DNA of 64,000 nucleotides from positions 9,817 to 73,816 of the forward strand of contig CAJUKG010000010.1 of assembly GCA_910586925.1 (NCBI GenBank). Direction: 5' to 3'. Source of the stretch: an uncultured Christensenellaceae bacterium. Its GTDB lineage: Bacteria; Bacillota; Clostridia; Christensenellales; Pumilibacteraceae. Position 1 is the stretch's first letter; every line of letters begins with the position of its first letter. The notes below the pieces were generated by a model. That model saw only the letters and a program-made list of their open reading frames with translations, made no database searches and was not told the origin of the DNA. The position numbers and the translations under genes are program-made. Below, piece by piece: positions 52,038-62,839 of the stretch.

Positions 52038-52574
52038 TTATTTGTTTTGACACTTCATGGGTTTGAACTTACTGCCCATTTGCACGGCGAGCAGGTTGCG
52101 CATTTCGTCTATACTGCCTTGCGTTATGGAATTTTTGTCTATTACGTGGCACTGCATTTTCGATATATACAGGAAGAAAAAATCTTTATCCTCCCGCGCT
52201 TTATACAAATACGGATACGTTGCTTTCGTTTGCGAGTAGTATTCGTCGCCTTTCTGTTGCGTCACGGTGATATGATCTTCGTCGAACGTATATATTTCTT
52301 CGGTCGTATCGCTTATGACCGACATCGACTCGGCGGACTTTTTTTGCGCAAGTTTGGATATTAGGTATACTATCGGCAGGAACAACGCGCCTATGACCGT
52401 CATGGCTATGCCGTACGGCAAATCGCCTTCTTCCGTTTGCAATACTATCGAAACAACGCCGATCGTTATAAATATCGCAGAGAACAGTATCGGCAGCCAA
52501 ATAATGCGCTTGAAAGAATGTCTGAAAAGTGCCGCCGATTTCGCACCGTCGAGTTTCGTTCTGAATTCTATCAT
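52038..52574 (-). CDS. YcxB-like membrane protein (2 TM + C-terminal domain)
   Basis: Start at [10 protein letters not shown] (ATG 52574, GAGGAGG RBS, TAATG overlap with the upstream stop). Hydrophobic segments: IIWLPILFSAIFITIGVVSIVL and IAMTVIGALFLPIVYLI. Then ...FFFLYISKMQCHVIDK.... The family call is from memory. Confidence 0.65.
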   Translation of the reverse strand: MIEFRTKLDGAKSAALFRHSFKRIIWLPILFSAIFITIGVVSIVLQTEEGDLPYGIAMTVIGALFLPIVYLISKLAQKKSAESMSVISDTTEEIYTFDEDHITVTQQKGDEYYSQTKATYPYLYKAREDKDFFFLYISKMQCHVIDKNSITQGSIDEMRNLLAVQMGSKFKPMKCQNK

Positions 52575-53209
52575 TATTTCACCTCCTCGAAAAGTTCGGG
52601 ACCGACGCCGCAAATCGGGCAAACGTAATCGGCGGGCAGTTCGTCGCCTTCGTATTCGTATCCGCACAGCGTACAACGGAATTTCTTTTTCGCGGTCGCG
52701 CTCTCGGCGTTCGCTCCGCCCTCGACGTATGTCGGCGCATTCTTCGGACTGCTGCCCTTTATCACTTTATGGTAGTAGTCGTACGTCATTTGCTTTCTGT
52801 CGCCGAACGTGTCGCCCGCCGTCTTTTTGCCCAAGAACACTGTATGCGTAGGGGTTTCCATCGTGTCGATGACGTCGCAAACGATATACCCGCACGAATC
52901 GGTTACGACGGGCAGTTTTCCACAAACGTCATACTTTATGCCTTTGAACTTATCGCCGTCCCGTCCCGACTTGAAACCGAGCGCGCCTATTATAGCGGGG
53001 TCGGAGTCCTCCGCAAGTATCGACACGGCGAACTTGCCGCTCTTTTTTATGCACTCGTTGCTGTAATTGTCGTGATGGATACTCACCGCGAAAGTTTCGG
53101 GTTCGTTCGTCACCTGTATGGCGCAGTTCGCGATACAGCCTTGCGGCGTACCGTCGCGCCAAGTCGTAACGGCGTACACGCCGTAGGAAAGTTTCTGTTC
53201 GATGATCAT
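52574..53209 (-). CDS. Flavin reductase-like domain fused to a C-terminal rubredoxin (high-molecular-weight rubredoxin type)
   Basis: N-terminal FMN-binding split-barrel-like sequence ([26 protein letters not shown]...), with a C-terminal [12 protein letters not shown]...YVCPICGV (CxxC...CxxC rubredoxin knuckles). Confidence 0.8.
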   Translation of the reverse strand: MIIEQKLSYGVYAVTTWRDGTPQGCIANCAIQVTNEPETFAVSIHHDNYSNECIKKSGKFAVSILAEDSDPAIIGALGFKSGRDGDKFKGIKYDVCGKLPVVTDSCGYIVCDVIDTMETPTHTVFLGKKTAGDTFGDRKQMTYDYYHKVIKGSSPKNAPTYVEGGANAESATAKKKFRCTLCGYEYEGDELPADYVCPICGVGPELFEEVK

Positions 53210-53332
53210 ATTAACCTCCGATTACCTGTTATTACCGTTATTTTACCACCGCAAACGCGCTTCGTCAACGGTTTTGCGCAAAATCAGCCCGCATAACGCA
53301 AAATTTATCGCCTTTCGCCGTTTATCTATTGC

Positions 53333-53361
53333 TTGACAACGCCGTGTGTATATTATATAAT
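53333..53361 (+). promoter_or_regulatory. Promoter of the activase-fusion gene
   Basis: TTGACA (53333..53338), 17 nt spacer, TATAAT (53356..53361). It lies 52 nt upstream of ATG 53414, and the RBS is AAGGAAAA. Confidence 0.55.
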
Positions 53362-53413
53362 ATAGAATAGCGACGGGCGGCATCTGCCCGCCGCCGACAT
53401 TAAGGAAAAAATC

Positions 53414-56400
53414 ATGTATCGAATCGGACTTGATATAGGGTCGACGACGATTAAAACCGCCGTACTCGACGATAACGACACGCTCGTACATTCGAGCTAT
53501 CAGCGGCACAATTCCGATGTCCGCGCAACGCTCTATACCGTACTCAAAGATCTGCTTAAAGATTACGACGTATTCACCGTGACCGTCACAGGCTCGGGCG
53601 GTATTTCCGTTGCGGAATGGCTCGGCATACCGTTCGTGCAAGAAGTTATAGCGGGCGTGGAAGCGATCAAGCGGCTCATTCCCGAAACGGACGTCGCCAT
53701 CGAGCTTGGCGGCGAGGACGCGAAGATCACCTACTTGAAAGGCAGTATCGACCAACGCATGAACGGAACCTGCGCGGGCGGCACGGGCGCGTTCATCGAC
53801 CAAATGGCTATACTTCTCAACACCGACGCGCAAGGCTTGAACGAGCTTGCCAAGGACGCGACGATCATACACCCCATCGCGTCGCGGTGCGGGGTTTTCG
53901 CGAAGTCGGATATTCAGCCGCTCATCAACGACGGCGCGAAAAAATCGGACATTGCGGCGTCCGTTTTTCAGTCTGTAGTCAATCAGACTATTTCGGGACT
54001 CGCCTGCGGCAAACCCATTCGCGGCAACGTCGCATTCCTCGGCGGACCGCTTCACTTTTTGAGCGAGCTGGGACACAGGTTCGTCGTCACGCTCAAACCC
54101 GAAAAAGCGATCTTTCCCGAGAACTCGCAGGTTTTCAACGCGATCGGTGCGGCGTACAAGTCCGAAAAACAATACACCGCCGCCGAGCTTTCCGAAAAGC
54201 TCGAACAGGTCAAGAACGTCGGCGAAAGCGAAGTCACCCGCCTTTCCCCGCTCTTTTCGAGTAAAGACGAGCTGACCGAGTTCCGTTTGCGACATTCCAA
54301 GGTTTCCATTCCGTTCGCGGACATCAAAAAGCACAGCGGTCCCGCGTTTCTCGGTATCGACGCAGGCTCTACCACGACCAAAGTCGCGCTTATAAATGCG
54401 GACGGCGGGTTGCTTTACTCTTGGTACGGCTCCAACTCGGGCGATCCGCTCGCTTCCGTCATAGACATCATCAAGAATATTTACGATCTTCTGCCCGAAA
54501 ACGGTTACATAGGTTACGGCACGATCACCGGCTACGGCGAAAGCCTTATCAAGACCGCGCTGAACCTCGATAACGGCGAGATCGAAACAATGGCGCATCT
54601 CACCGCGTCCGACACCATACTGCCCGGCGTCGAGTTCCTGCTCGACATAGGCGGACAGGACATGAAGTGCCTGCGCATCAAAGACGGGGTCATCACCGAC
54701 ATTCTCCTGAACGAAGCATGCTCGTCGGGCTGCGGGAGCTTTATCGAAACGTTCGCACGCGCCATCGGTATGAACGCCGAGCAGTTCGCGAAAGTGGGAC
54801 TCGATTCCGCCGCACCCGTCGATCTCGGGTCGCGTTGCACGGTATTCATGAATTCGCGCGTCAAGCAGGCGCAAAAAGAGGGTGCGTCCGTCGCGGATAT
54901 TTCCGCGGGACTCGCCTATTCCGTCGTTAAGAACGCGCTGTTCAAGGTCATCAAACTTCGCGACGCCAAAGAGATGGGCGATAAAATAATCGTTCAGGGC
55001 GGCACGTTCCTCAACGAGTCGGTGCTTCGCGCGTTCGAGCTTGTTTCGGGACGGGAAGTGATCCGCCCCAACCAAGCGGGACTAATGGGCGCGTACGGCG
55101 CGGCTCTTATCAGTCGCAATAATTACACGGGCGGACGCAGTACCATCAAGACCAAAGCCGAGCTTGAAAAATTCCGCGTCGTCAAGTCGTCGCGGCGTTG
55201 CGAAAAGTGCGGCAACCACTGCTTGCTCACCATTTCCGAGTTCGACGACGGGCGCACGTTCATTTCCAACAACCGCTGCGAACGCGGCGGCAACGCGCCC
55301 GACAAAAAGGTCGAGAAGCTCCCCAATCTTTTCGACGAAAAATACAAACGGCTTTTCGCCTACTATCGCCCGCTGCCCGAGGACAAGGCTCCGCGCGGCG
55401 TGGTCGGCATACCGCGAGTGCTCAATCTTTACGAGAACTATCCGTTCTGGTTCACTTTCTTCACCGAACTCGGTTACAGCGTCAAGCTGTCGCCGCGGAG
55501 TACGCGCGACGTGTATTCGCTCGGCATCGAAACAATGCCGTCGGAATCGGTCTGCTACCCCGCGAAAATCGCGCACGGACATATTCAATCGCTGATAGAC
55601 GGCGGCGTGAAATTCATTTTCTATCCCTGCTTACCGTTCGAGCGCAAAGAGGACGAAAACGCCGACAATCATTACAACTGCCCCGTCGTCGGCTCGTATC
55701 CCGAGGTCATTCGCCTGAACATGCGCGACGAATTCATTAAAAACGGCGTCACTTTCGCCGCGCCGTTCCTGCCGTTCGCTTCGCAAAAACGCATGATCGC
55801 GCGGCTTGCCGAGGAGTTCCCCAAGCTCCCGAAGTCCAAGATTTCGGCGGCTGTAAAAAAGGCGTACGCAGAACAGGCGGAGTTCAATTCGTGGTCGCGG
55901 CGACGCGGCGAGGAGATAATCGCTTCGCTCGACGCATCGGGCGGACACGGCATCGTGCTCGCGGGCAGACCGTATCATCTCGACCCCGAGATCAATCACG
56001 GCGTCGCACAGATGATCAATTCTTACGGGTTCGCCGTTCTCACCGAGGACAGCGTGGCGCACCTCGACACAGCTCCGCGCCCGCTTCGCGTGGTCGATCA
56101 ATGGACGTATCATTCGCGGCTTTACAGCGCGGCGAACTTCGTGCGCACCCGCGACAATCTCGAACTCGTTCAGCTCAATTCGTTCGGTTGCGGACTCGAC
56201 GCGGTAACGACCGATCAAGTACAGGAACTGCTCGAAGCGGCGAACAAAGTCTACACTCTTTTGAAGATCGACGAGGTGAACAATCTCGGCGCGGCGCGTA
56301 TTCGCATACGCTCGCTCATGGCGGTCATCAAGGACCGCGAAATTAAACGCCGCACTGCCGTAACTCCCCCGCCGCAGCCCGAGCGCGTACTGTTTACCGA

Positions 56401-57616
56401 GCAGATGCGCGGACTGTACACCATTCTTTCGCCGCAGATCTCGCCGTACCACTTGAATTTCGTACAACCCGCGATGCGGCGGTTCGGTTATAACATTCAA
56501 GTCCTGCCCGACAGCGCGAACGCCGTCGCCGCAGGGCTTAAGTACGTCAATAACGATGCGTGCTACCCGACGATCATCGTCGTCGGCGAGATCATGGACG
56601 CACTGCTTTCGGGCAAGTACGACCTCGACCGCACCGCGATCATCATGACGCAAACGGGCGGGGGCTGCCGCGCGACCAATTACATCGCGCTCATTCGCCG
56701 TGCGCTCAAGAGCGCGGGCATGGCGCAGATCCCCGTGGTATCGCTCTCGGCGCAAGGCATCGAGAAAAATCCGGGGTTCAAGATCACGCTGCCGCTATTG
56801 AAGTCGCTCGTCAATTCGCTTATTTACGGAGATCTTTTGATGCGCTGTCTTTATCGCACCCGACCGTACGAGGCGGTATCCGGCGCGGCGCAGTCGCTTT
56901 ACGCCAAGTGGAACGATTTACTCGCCGCCGAGTTCGCAAAAGGCGACGTGCCCGCGAAAAAATACTGCGCGGACATTGTGCGCGAGTTCGACGCTTTGCC
57001 GCTGCTCGACGTCGTCAAGCCGCGCGTCGGGATCGTCGGCGAGATACTCGTCAAGTTCCACCCCGCCGCCAATAATTACGCCGTCGAACTCGTCGAGCGC
57101 GAGGGCGGCGAAGCGGTCGTGCCAGATCTTCTCGATTTCTTTATGTATTCGTGCTACAATTCCACGATCAAGAACGAACTGCTCGACGGCAAGTGGCTGA
57201 CCAAAAAACTGACCGATTTCGCGATCTCGTTCCTCGAGAAAATGCGCAAGCCCATGGTGGACGCGCTCGAGGGCACTAAATTCGGCACGCCGACGCACAT
57301 ACGCAAGCTCGCGGAAAAGGCGCGAACTGTCACTTCGCTCGGCACCATGGTCGGCGAAGGCTGGTTCCTCACCGCCGAGATGCTCGAGCTTATCGAAGAA
57401 GGCGCGCCCAATATTATCTGCATGCAGCCGTTCGCATGCCTGCCCAATCACGTCACGGGCAAGGGCGTCATGAAAGAGCTGAAGCGGTTACATCCGCTCG
57501 CCAATATTGTCGCCGTCGATTACGATCCCGGTGCGAGCGAGGTCAATCAGGTCAACCGCATCAAGCTGATGATGTCCGTCGCGCACGACAATTTACTTCT
57601 TTTGAAAAAGAAGTAA
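53414..57616 (+). CDS. Acyl-CoA dehydratase activase-related fusion protein (two BcrAD/BadFG-type ATPase modules + large C-terminal domains), 1400 aa
   Basis: [18 protein letters not shown] and [16 protein letters not shown] (two acetate/sugar-kinase-fold activase modules, each with ...[10 protein letters not shown] / [10 protein letters not shown]). A Cys cluster (CEKCGNHC...C) follows, then a ~750-aa C-terminal region typical of this fusion family. Confidence 0.85.
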   Translation: MYRIGLDIGSTTIKTAVLDDNDTLVHSSYQRHNSDVRATLYTVLKDLLKDYDVFTVTVTGSGGISVAEWLGIPFVQEVIAGVEAIKRLIPETDVAIELGGEDAKITYLKGSIDQRMNGTCAGGTGAFIDQMAILLNTDAQGLNELAKDATIIHPIASRCGVFAKSDIQPLINDGAKKSDIAASVFQSVVNQTISGLACGKPIRGNVAFLGGPLHFLSELGHRFVVTLKPEKAIFPENSQVFNAIGAAYKSEKQYTAAELSEKLEQVKNVGESEVTRLSPLFSSKDELTEFRLRHSKVSIPFADIKKHSGPAFLGIDAGSTTTKVALINADGGLLYSWYGSNSGDPLASVIDIIKNIYDLLPENGYIGYGTITGYGESLIKTALNLDNGEIETMAHLTASDTILPGVEFLLDIGGQDMKCLRIKDGVITDILLNEACSSGCGSFIETFARAIGMNAEQFAKVGLDSAAPVDLGSRCTVFMNSRVKQAQKEGASVADISAGLAYSVVKNALFKVIKLRDAKEMGDKIIVQGGTFLNESVLRAFELVSGREVIRPNQAGLMGAYGAALISRNNYTGGRSTIKTKAELEKFRVVKSSRRCEKCGNHCLLTISEFDDGRTFISNNRCERGGNAPDKKVEKLPNLFDEKYKRLFAYYRPLPEDKAPRGVVGIPRVLNLYENYPFWFTFFTELGYSVKLSPRSTRDVYSLGIETMPSESVCYPAKIAHGHIQSLIDGGVKFIFYPCLPFERKEDENADNHYNCPVVGSYPEVIRLNMRDEFIKNGVTFAAPFLPFASQKRMIARLAEEFPKLPKSKISAAVKKAYAEQAEFNSWSRRRGEEIIASLDASGGHGIVLAGRPYHLDPEINHGVAQMINSYGFAVLTEDSVAHLDTAPRPLRVVDQWTYHSRLYSAANFVRTRDNLELVQLNSFGCGLDAVTTDQVQELLEAANKVYTLLKIDEVNNLGAARIRIRSLMAVIKDREIKRRTAVTPPPQPERVLFTEQMRGLYTILSPQISPYHLNFVQPAMRRFGYNIQVLPDSANAVAAGLKYVNNDACYPTIIVVGEIMDALLSGKYDLDRTAIIMTQTGGGCRATNYIALIRRALKSAGMAQIPVVSLSAQGIEKNPGFKITLPLLKSLVNSLIYGDLLMRCLYRTRPYEAVSGAAQSLYAKWNDLLAAEFAKGDVPAKKYCADIVREFDALPLLDVVKPRVGIVGEILVKFHPAANNYAVELVEREGGEAVVPDLLDFFMYSCYNSTIKNELLDGKWLTKKLTDFAISFLEKMRKPMVDALEGTKFGTPTHIRKLAEKARTVTSLGTMVGEGWFLTAEMLELIEEGAPNIICMQPFACLPNHVTGKGVMKELKRLHPLANIVAVDYDPGASEVNQVNRIKLMMSVAHDNLLLLKKK

Positions 57617-57764
57617 ACAAGAAAACTTTACACGGGGATGGTACCGCATGAAAAATTACTACACCACTCGGATTTTGAAAAAGAAGTAAACAAGAAAACT
57701 TTACACGAGGATGGTACCGCATGAAAAAATTATTGCACAACTCGGATTTTGAAAAAGAAGTAAA
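57600..57764 (+). repeat. Tandem repeat, 2.25 copies of a 73-74-nt unit; the first copy begins inside the last 17 nt of the activase gene
   Basis: Units are at 57600..57672, 57673..57746 and 57747..57764 (partial): ttttgaaaaagaagtaaacaagaaaactttacacgRggatggtaccgcatgaaaaa.... Copies 1 and 2 differ by a few substitutions and a 1-nt indel. Confidence 0.8.
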
Positions 57765-57844
57765 GTCAACGATTACGTAGCTATTCTGTTCGGCATAATG
57801 AATAAATTTCGTCACCATTCACTTTTACAAATCAATCTATCCGC

Positions 57845-59176
<1,332 letters not shown>

Positions 59177-59184
59177 TTTCCCTT

Positions 59185-59211
59185 CCCCGCGCGACCTGCG
59201 CGGGGAATTTT
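59185..59211 (+). terminator. Hairpin after purA (terminator or attenuator before the ABC gene)
   Basis: CCCCGCGC-gacct-GCGCGGGG followed by AATTTTCT. Confidence 0.55.
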
Positions 59212-59228
59212 CTCCGAGAAAAATCATT

Positions 59229-60992
59229 ATGACAAAAACAAAGAGCAAAAACACTCGAAAGCGCGGCATGCTGAAACGGTTCGTGCGCTATTACAAGCCG
59301 CACAAAACGCTGTTTATCATCGACATGGTGTGCGCGTTTACTATTTCTGTCTTTAACCTCGTTTATCCCTACGTCACCAAAGAGATAATCAATAATTACG
59401 TGCCCAATAAACTGCTGACCATGCTGCTTGCCGCGGCGGGGTTTCTGTTCGGATTTTATCTGTTGAAAGCGGGGCTGAATTACGTTCTGCACTGTTGGGG
59501 ACATATCGTCGGCGTGCGCATACAGTCGGACATGCGACGGGAATTGTTCACCCACCTGCAAAAACTGCCGTTCGCATATTTCGATGAGAATAAAACGGGC
59601 GTGATCATGAGCCGCATGACTAACGATCTGTTTCAGATCGCCGAGCTTGCGCACCACGGTCCCGAGGACGTGTTTCTGTCCGCGATCACTCTCGTCGGCG
59701 CGTTCGCGGTGCTCGGCACGATCAACATTTATCTCGCGCTCATAGTGTTCGCGCTGATTCCGTTCTTTGTAGTTTACGCTCTGCTTATCCGCAAAAAGAT
59801 GAACGCCGTTTACAAGCAAACGCGGATCGCCCAAGGCGAAGTAAACGCCGATATAGAAAGCGCGATTTCAGGCATGCGCGTATCGCGGGCTTATACCGCA
59901 AAATCTCACGAGGAGAAAAAATTCGACGCGGGCAACGACGTGTTCGTGGAAAGCCGTTGCAAACAGTTCAAACTGCTCGGCAAGTTCCACTCGACAATGA
60001 CTTTTTTCACCGACTTTCTATACTTCGCGGTACTTCTCGCGGGCGGGCTGTTTTTCTATTACGGAATAATCGACGTCGGCGACTTCACGGCGTTCGTGCT
60101 GTACATATCCACCCTGATCGCGCCGATACGCACGCTTATAACCATATACGACCAGATCCAAGAGGGCGCGACGGGTTTCAAGCGGTTCTGCGAGATCATG
60201 GACGAACAGCCCGAAACCGACCGCGACGGCGCGCTCTCCCCCGAGCATATCGACGGGCATATAGTGTTCGATAACGTAACGTTCGGCTATAAAAACGACG
60301 ACGATGCCGCGAAAGTAGTGAGCGACTTCTCGCTCGATATTCCCGCAGGCAAAACCGTCGCGCTCGTCGGACCGTCGGGCGGCGGCAAAACGACGCTGTG
60401 CCACCTAATTCCGCGGTTTTATGAGATCGACGGCGGCAGTATTTCGATCGACGGACACGACATTCGCGACATGACCCGCGACACGCTCCGCAAGAACATA
60501 GGCATAGTACAGCAGGACGTATTTCTGTTTAACGGCACGATCAAAGAGAATATCGCATACGGCGACTTCGACGCGACCGACGAACAAATCGCCGAAGCCG
60601 CGCGGCAAGCGAATATCCACGACTATATTACGACGCTTCCCAAGGGTTACGACACCGAAGTCGGAGAGCGCGGCGTAAAGCTCTCGGGCGGACAGAAACA
60701 GCGCATATCCATTGCGCGCGCGTTCCTCAAGAATCCGCCCGTTCTGATCCTCGACGAGGCGACTTCCGCACTCGACAACGCGACGGAAATGCAGATCCAA
60801 GACGCGCTCGGCAAGCTCATGGGCGGCAGAACGACGCTCGTCGTCGCCCACCGCCTGTCCACAGTGAAAAACGCCGACGAAATAATCGTCATCACGCAGA
60901 ACGGCGTGGAAGAACGCGGCACCCACGAATTGCTCATGGACAAGAACGGCATTTATAAACAGTTGTACGAATATCAGTTCAAGAATTTATAA
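59229..60992 (+). CDS. ABC transporter, fused permease/ATP-binding protein (MsbA/multidrug-exporter type)
   Basis: Six-TM N-terminal half. Walker A GPSGGGKTT, signature LSGGQKQR, Walker B ILDEATSALD. Confidence 0.9.
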   Translation: MTKTKSKNTRKRGMLKRFVRYYKPHKTLFIIDMVCAFTISVFNLVYPYVTKEIINNYVPNKLLTMLLAAAGFLFGFYLLKAGLNYVLHCWGHIVGVRIQSDMRRELFTHLQKLPFAYFDENKTGVIMSRMTNDLFQIAELAHHGPEDVFLSAITLVGAFAVLGTINIYLALIVFALIPFFVVYALLIRKKMNAVYKQTRIAQGEVNADIESAISGMRVSRAYTAKSHEEKKFDAGNDVFVESRCKQFKLLGKFHSTMTFFTDFLYFAVLLAGGLFFYYGIIDVGDFTAFVLYISTLIAPIRTLITIYDQIQEGATGFKRFCEIMDEQPETDRDGALSPEHIDGHIVFDNVTFGYKNDDDAAKVVSDFSLDIPAGKTVALVGPSGGGKTTLCHLIPRFYEIDGGSISIDGHDIRDMTRDTLRKNIGIVQQDVFLFNGTIKENIAYGDFDATDEQIAEAARQANIHDYITTLPKGYDTEVGERGVKLSGGQKQRISIARAFLKNPPVLILDEATSALDNATEMQIQDALGKLMGGRTTLVVAHRLSTVKNADEIIVITQNGVEERGTHELLMDKNGIYKQLYEYQFKNL

Positions 60993-60999
60993 CGCGCCT

Positions 61000-61027
61000 C
61001 CCCGCTCCGCAACGAGCGGGGTTTTTA
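61000..61027 (+). terminator. Rho-independent terminator of the ABC gene
   Basis: CCCCGCTC-cgcaac-GAGCGGGG followed by TTTTTAATT. Confidence 0.7.
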
Positions 61028-61243
61028 ATTGCCGATCTTATTGCGGGCAATCCCCGAAATCGCAATCGGGATCGTGGTCGTTGACAACTCCCACCGCTTG
61101 CAGGTAAGCGTATATTATCGTCGACCCGACGAACTTCATAAAGTAAAATAATAATCGCGCAAGACCCTGTTTGCAAGATATTGCGCGATATATTTACGCT
61201 ATGATTCCGCACGGCATGCCGAGCGGATTTATATTCGATCGCT

Positions 61244-62806
61244 TTAGCAAATAACTTTGATGAATTCCGAGAATATCGGGTTGGTATTGAGCAGTCGCGA
61301 ATGATATTCGGGACTGAATATCGTGCCGATAAAGAATTTGTTTGTCGGGATCTCGTACGCTTCGGGTACGCCCGTCGGCGAATGTGCCGAGAACACCAAA
61401 CCGTTCTTCAGGAAAAGCTGTTCGTACGTATCCGAAAAATCGTATCTGTGACGGTGACGCTCGCTAACCGTTTGCTCGCCGTAAATCTTACTTAAATACG
61501 TGCCCGGCGTGATCATCGTGGGGAACGCGCCTTTCTTGAGCATGGGCGGCTCGACGCTGCGCACGACGCTGTAAGGCGTATCGGTATTGAATTCCTGCGA
61601 ATCGGCGTCCGCCATGCCGCACACGTCGCGTGCGAACTCGACAAGCCCCGCCTGTGCGCCGAGTCCTATAAGCAGGCACGGCACGTCTTTCTCGCGCGCA
61701 TATTTAGCCGCGGCGATCTTGCCGTCGAATCCGCGCACGCCGAAGCCCGGCGCGATAACTATTCCCGCGTACCCGTCGAGCACGCTCGGGTTTTCCGCAA
61801 CCGACTCCGCCGATACGAGCGCGATGTCTATTGCGATATTCTTGAGCAGCCCCGCCGTCTTGAGCGCGTCCATGAGCGATTGATACGCCGTCGCTTTCTC
61901 GACGTACTTGCCGACGAGCGCGATATTGATGCGTTTATCGGAATTCGCGGCACTCTCGGCACGCTCGCACATTTCCCGCCACGCGTCGAGCTTGGGTTCG
62001 CGCACTTCCATTTTGAGCTTGGTAAGCGCGACGCCCTCGAAGTTTTGCGCATGCAGTCGCAACGGGATCCGGTACAGATTATCAGTCGTGACGCTCTCTA
62101 TTATCGACTTGCAGTCCACGTTGCAGAACAGCGACAGCTTTTTGATCGCCGCCTCGTCGAGCGCGTAGTCCGACCTGCAAACGATTATGTCGGGCAGTAT
62201 GCCTATGTTTTGCAGTTCTTTGACCGAGTTCTGCGTCGGTTTCGTCTTATGCTCGCCGCTCATTTCGATGACGGGCACATATGTAACGTGCACGTACACC
62301 GAATTGCCCTTGCCGAGCGCGACCTTACATTGCCGTATAGCCTCGAGATACGGGTGGTTCTCTATATCGCCGACGACACCGCCGATCTCGCACACTACGA
62401 CGTCCGTTTCGGGCTTGTCGAGCCGCTTGAGCGTGCGAATGATCTCGCCCGTGATATGCGGAACGACCTGAACGGACTCGCCGCCGTACGCGCCCTCGCG
62501 CTCGCGTTGAATGACCGCCGAATATATCTTGCCGCTCGTAATGTTGCTGTTTTCGGACAGGTTCTGGTCCAAAAACCGCTCGTAGTGTCCTATAACGAGA
62601 TCGCCCTCTCCGCCGTCCTCGGTTACGAACACTTCGCCGTGCTGATACGGACTCAAGTACAGCGAGTCAACATTGAAGTACGGGTCGAACTTCACCATAT
62701 CGACCGTGTAACCCTGCGCCTTGATGAGCATAGCCATGCTCGCCGCGGTAATGCCTTTGCCGAGTCCCGATACGACCCCGCCTGTGATAAATATGAATTT
62801 TGACAT
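61244..62806 (-). CDS. CTP-synthase paralog with degenerate active sites (glutaminase Cys and His absent)
   Basis: It aligns over the full length with the copy at 24911..26533 ([31 protein letters not shown]). However, GICLGMQ becomes LIGLGAQ (Gly codon at 61664..61666), YHPEF becomes FSPEY (Ser codon at 61313..61315), DLDLG becomes DLVIG (Val codon at 62594..62596), and DPGTMSP becomes DSLYLSP. Confidence 0.85.
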   Translation of the reverse strand: MSKFIFITGGVVSGLGKGITAASMAMLIKAQGYTVDMVKFDPYFNVDSLYLSPYQHGEVFVTEDGGEGDLVIGHYERFLDQNLSENSNITSGKIYSAVIQREREGAYGGESVQVVPHITGEIIRTLKRLDKPETDVVVCEIGGVVGDIENHPYLEAIRQCKVALGKGNSVYVHVTYVPVIEMSGEHKTKPTQNSVKELQNIGILPDIIVCRSDYALDEAAIKKLSLFCNVDCKSIIESVTTDNLYRIPLRLHAQNFEGVALTKLKMEVREPKLDAWREMCERAESAANSDKRINIALVGKYVEKATAYQSLMDALKTAGLLKNIAIDIALVSAESVAENPSVLDGYAGIVIAPGFGVRGFDGKIAAAKYAREKDVPCLLIGLGAQAGLVEFARDVCGMADADSQEFNTDTPYSVVRSVEPPMLKKGAFPTMITPGTYLSKIYGEQTVSERHRHRYDFSDTYEQLFLKNGLVFSAHSPTGVPEAYEIPTNKFFIGTIFSPEYHSRLLNTNPIFSEFIKVIC

Positions 62807-62839
62807 AATGTAAGCTGAAAGCCTTCCTCCTGTCGTATT

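Noticed and set aside
53243-55075. A 610-aa minus-strand ORF opposite the activase-fusion gene. The same class includes 57875..59269 opposite purA, 31116..33482 opposite carB, 14797..16617 and 16614..18410 opposite hydA/hydB, 10450..12195, 24881..26446, 38364..40121, 36966..38207, 6586..7641, 21531..22592, 22743..23837, 61880..62803 and 62846..63475.
   Set aside because: All are mirror ORFs of well-supported genes. They have Arg/His-rich, motif-free translations, while the partner strand carries textbook catalytic motifs.
61190-61243. Terminator for the CTPS-like gene (hairpin CCGCTCGGC-at-GCCGTGCGG on the minus strand)
   Set aside because: It has a two-nt loop and no T-run, so it is not convincing as an intrinsic terminator.
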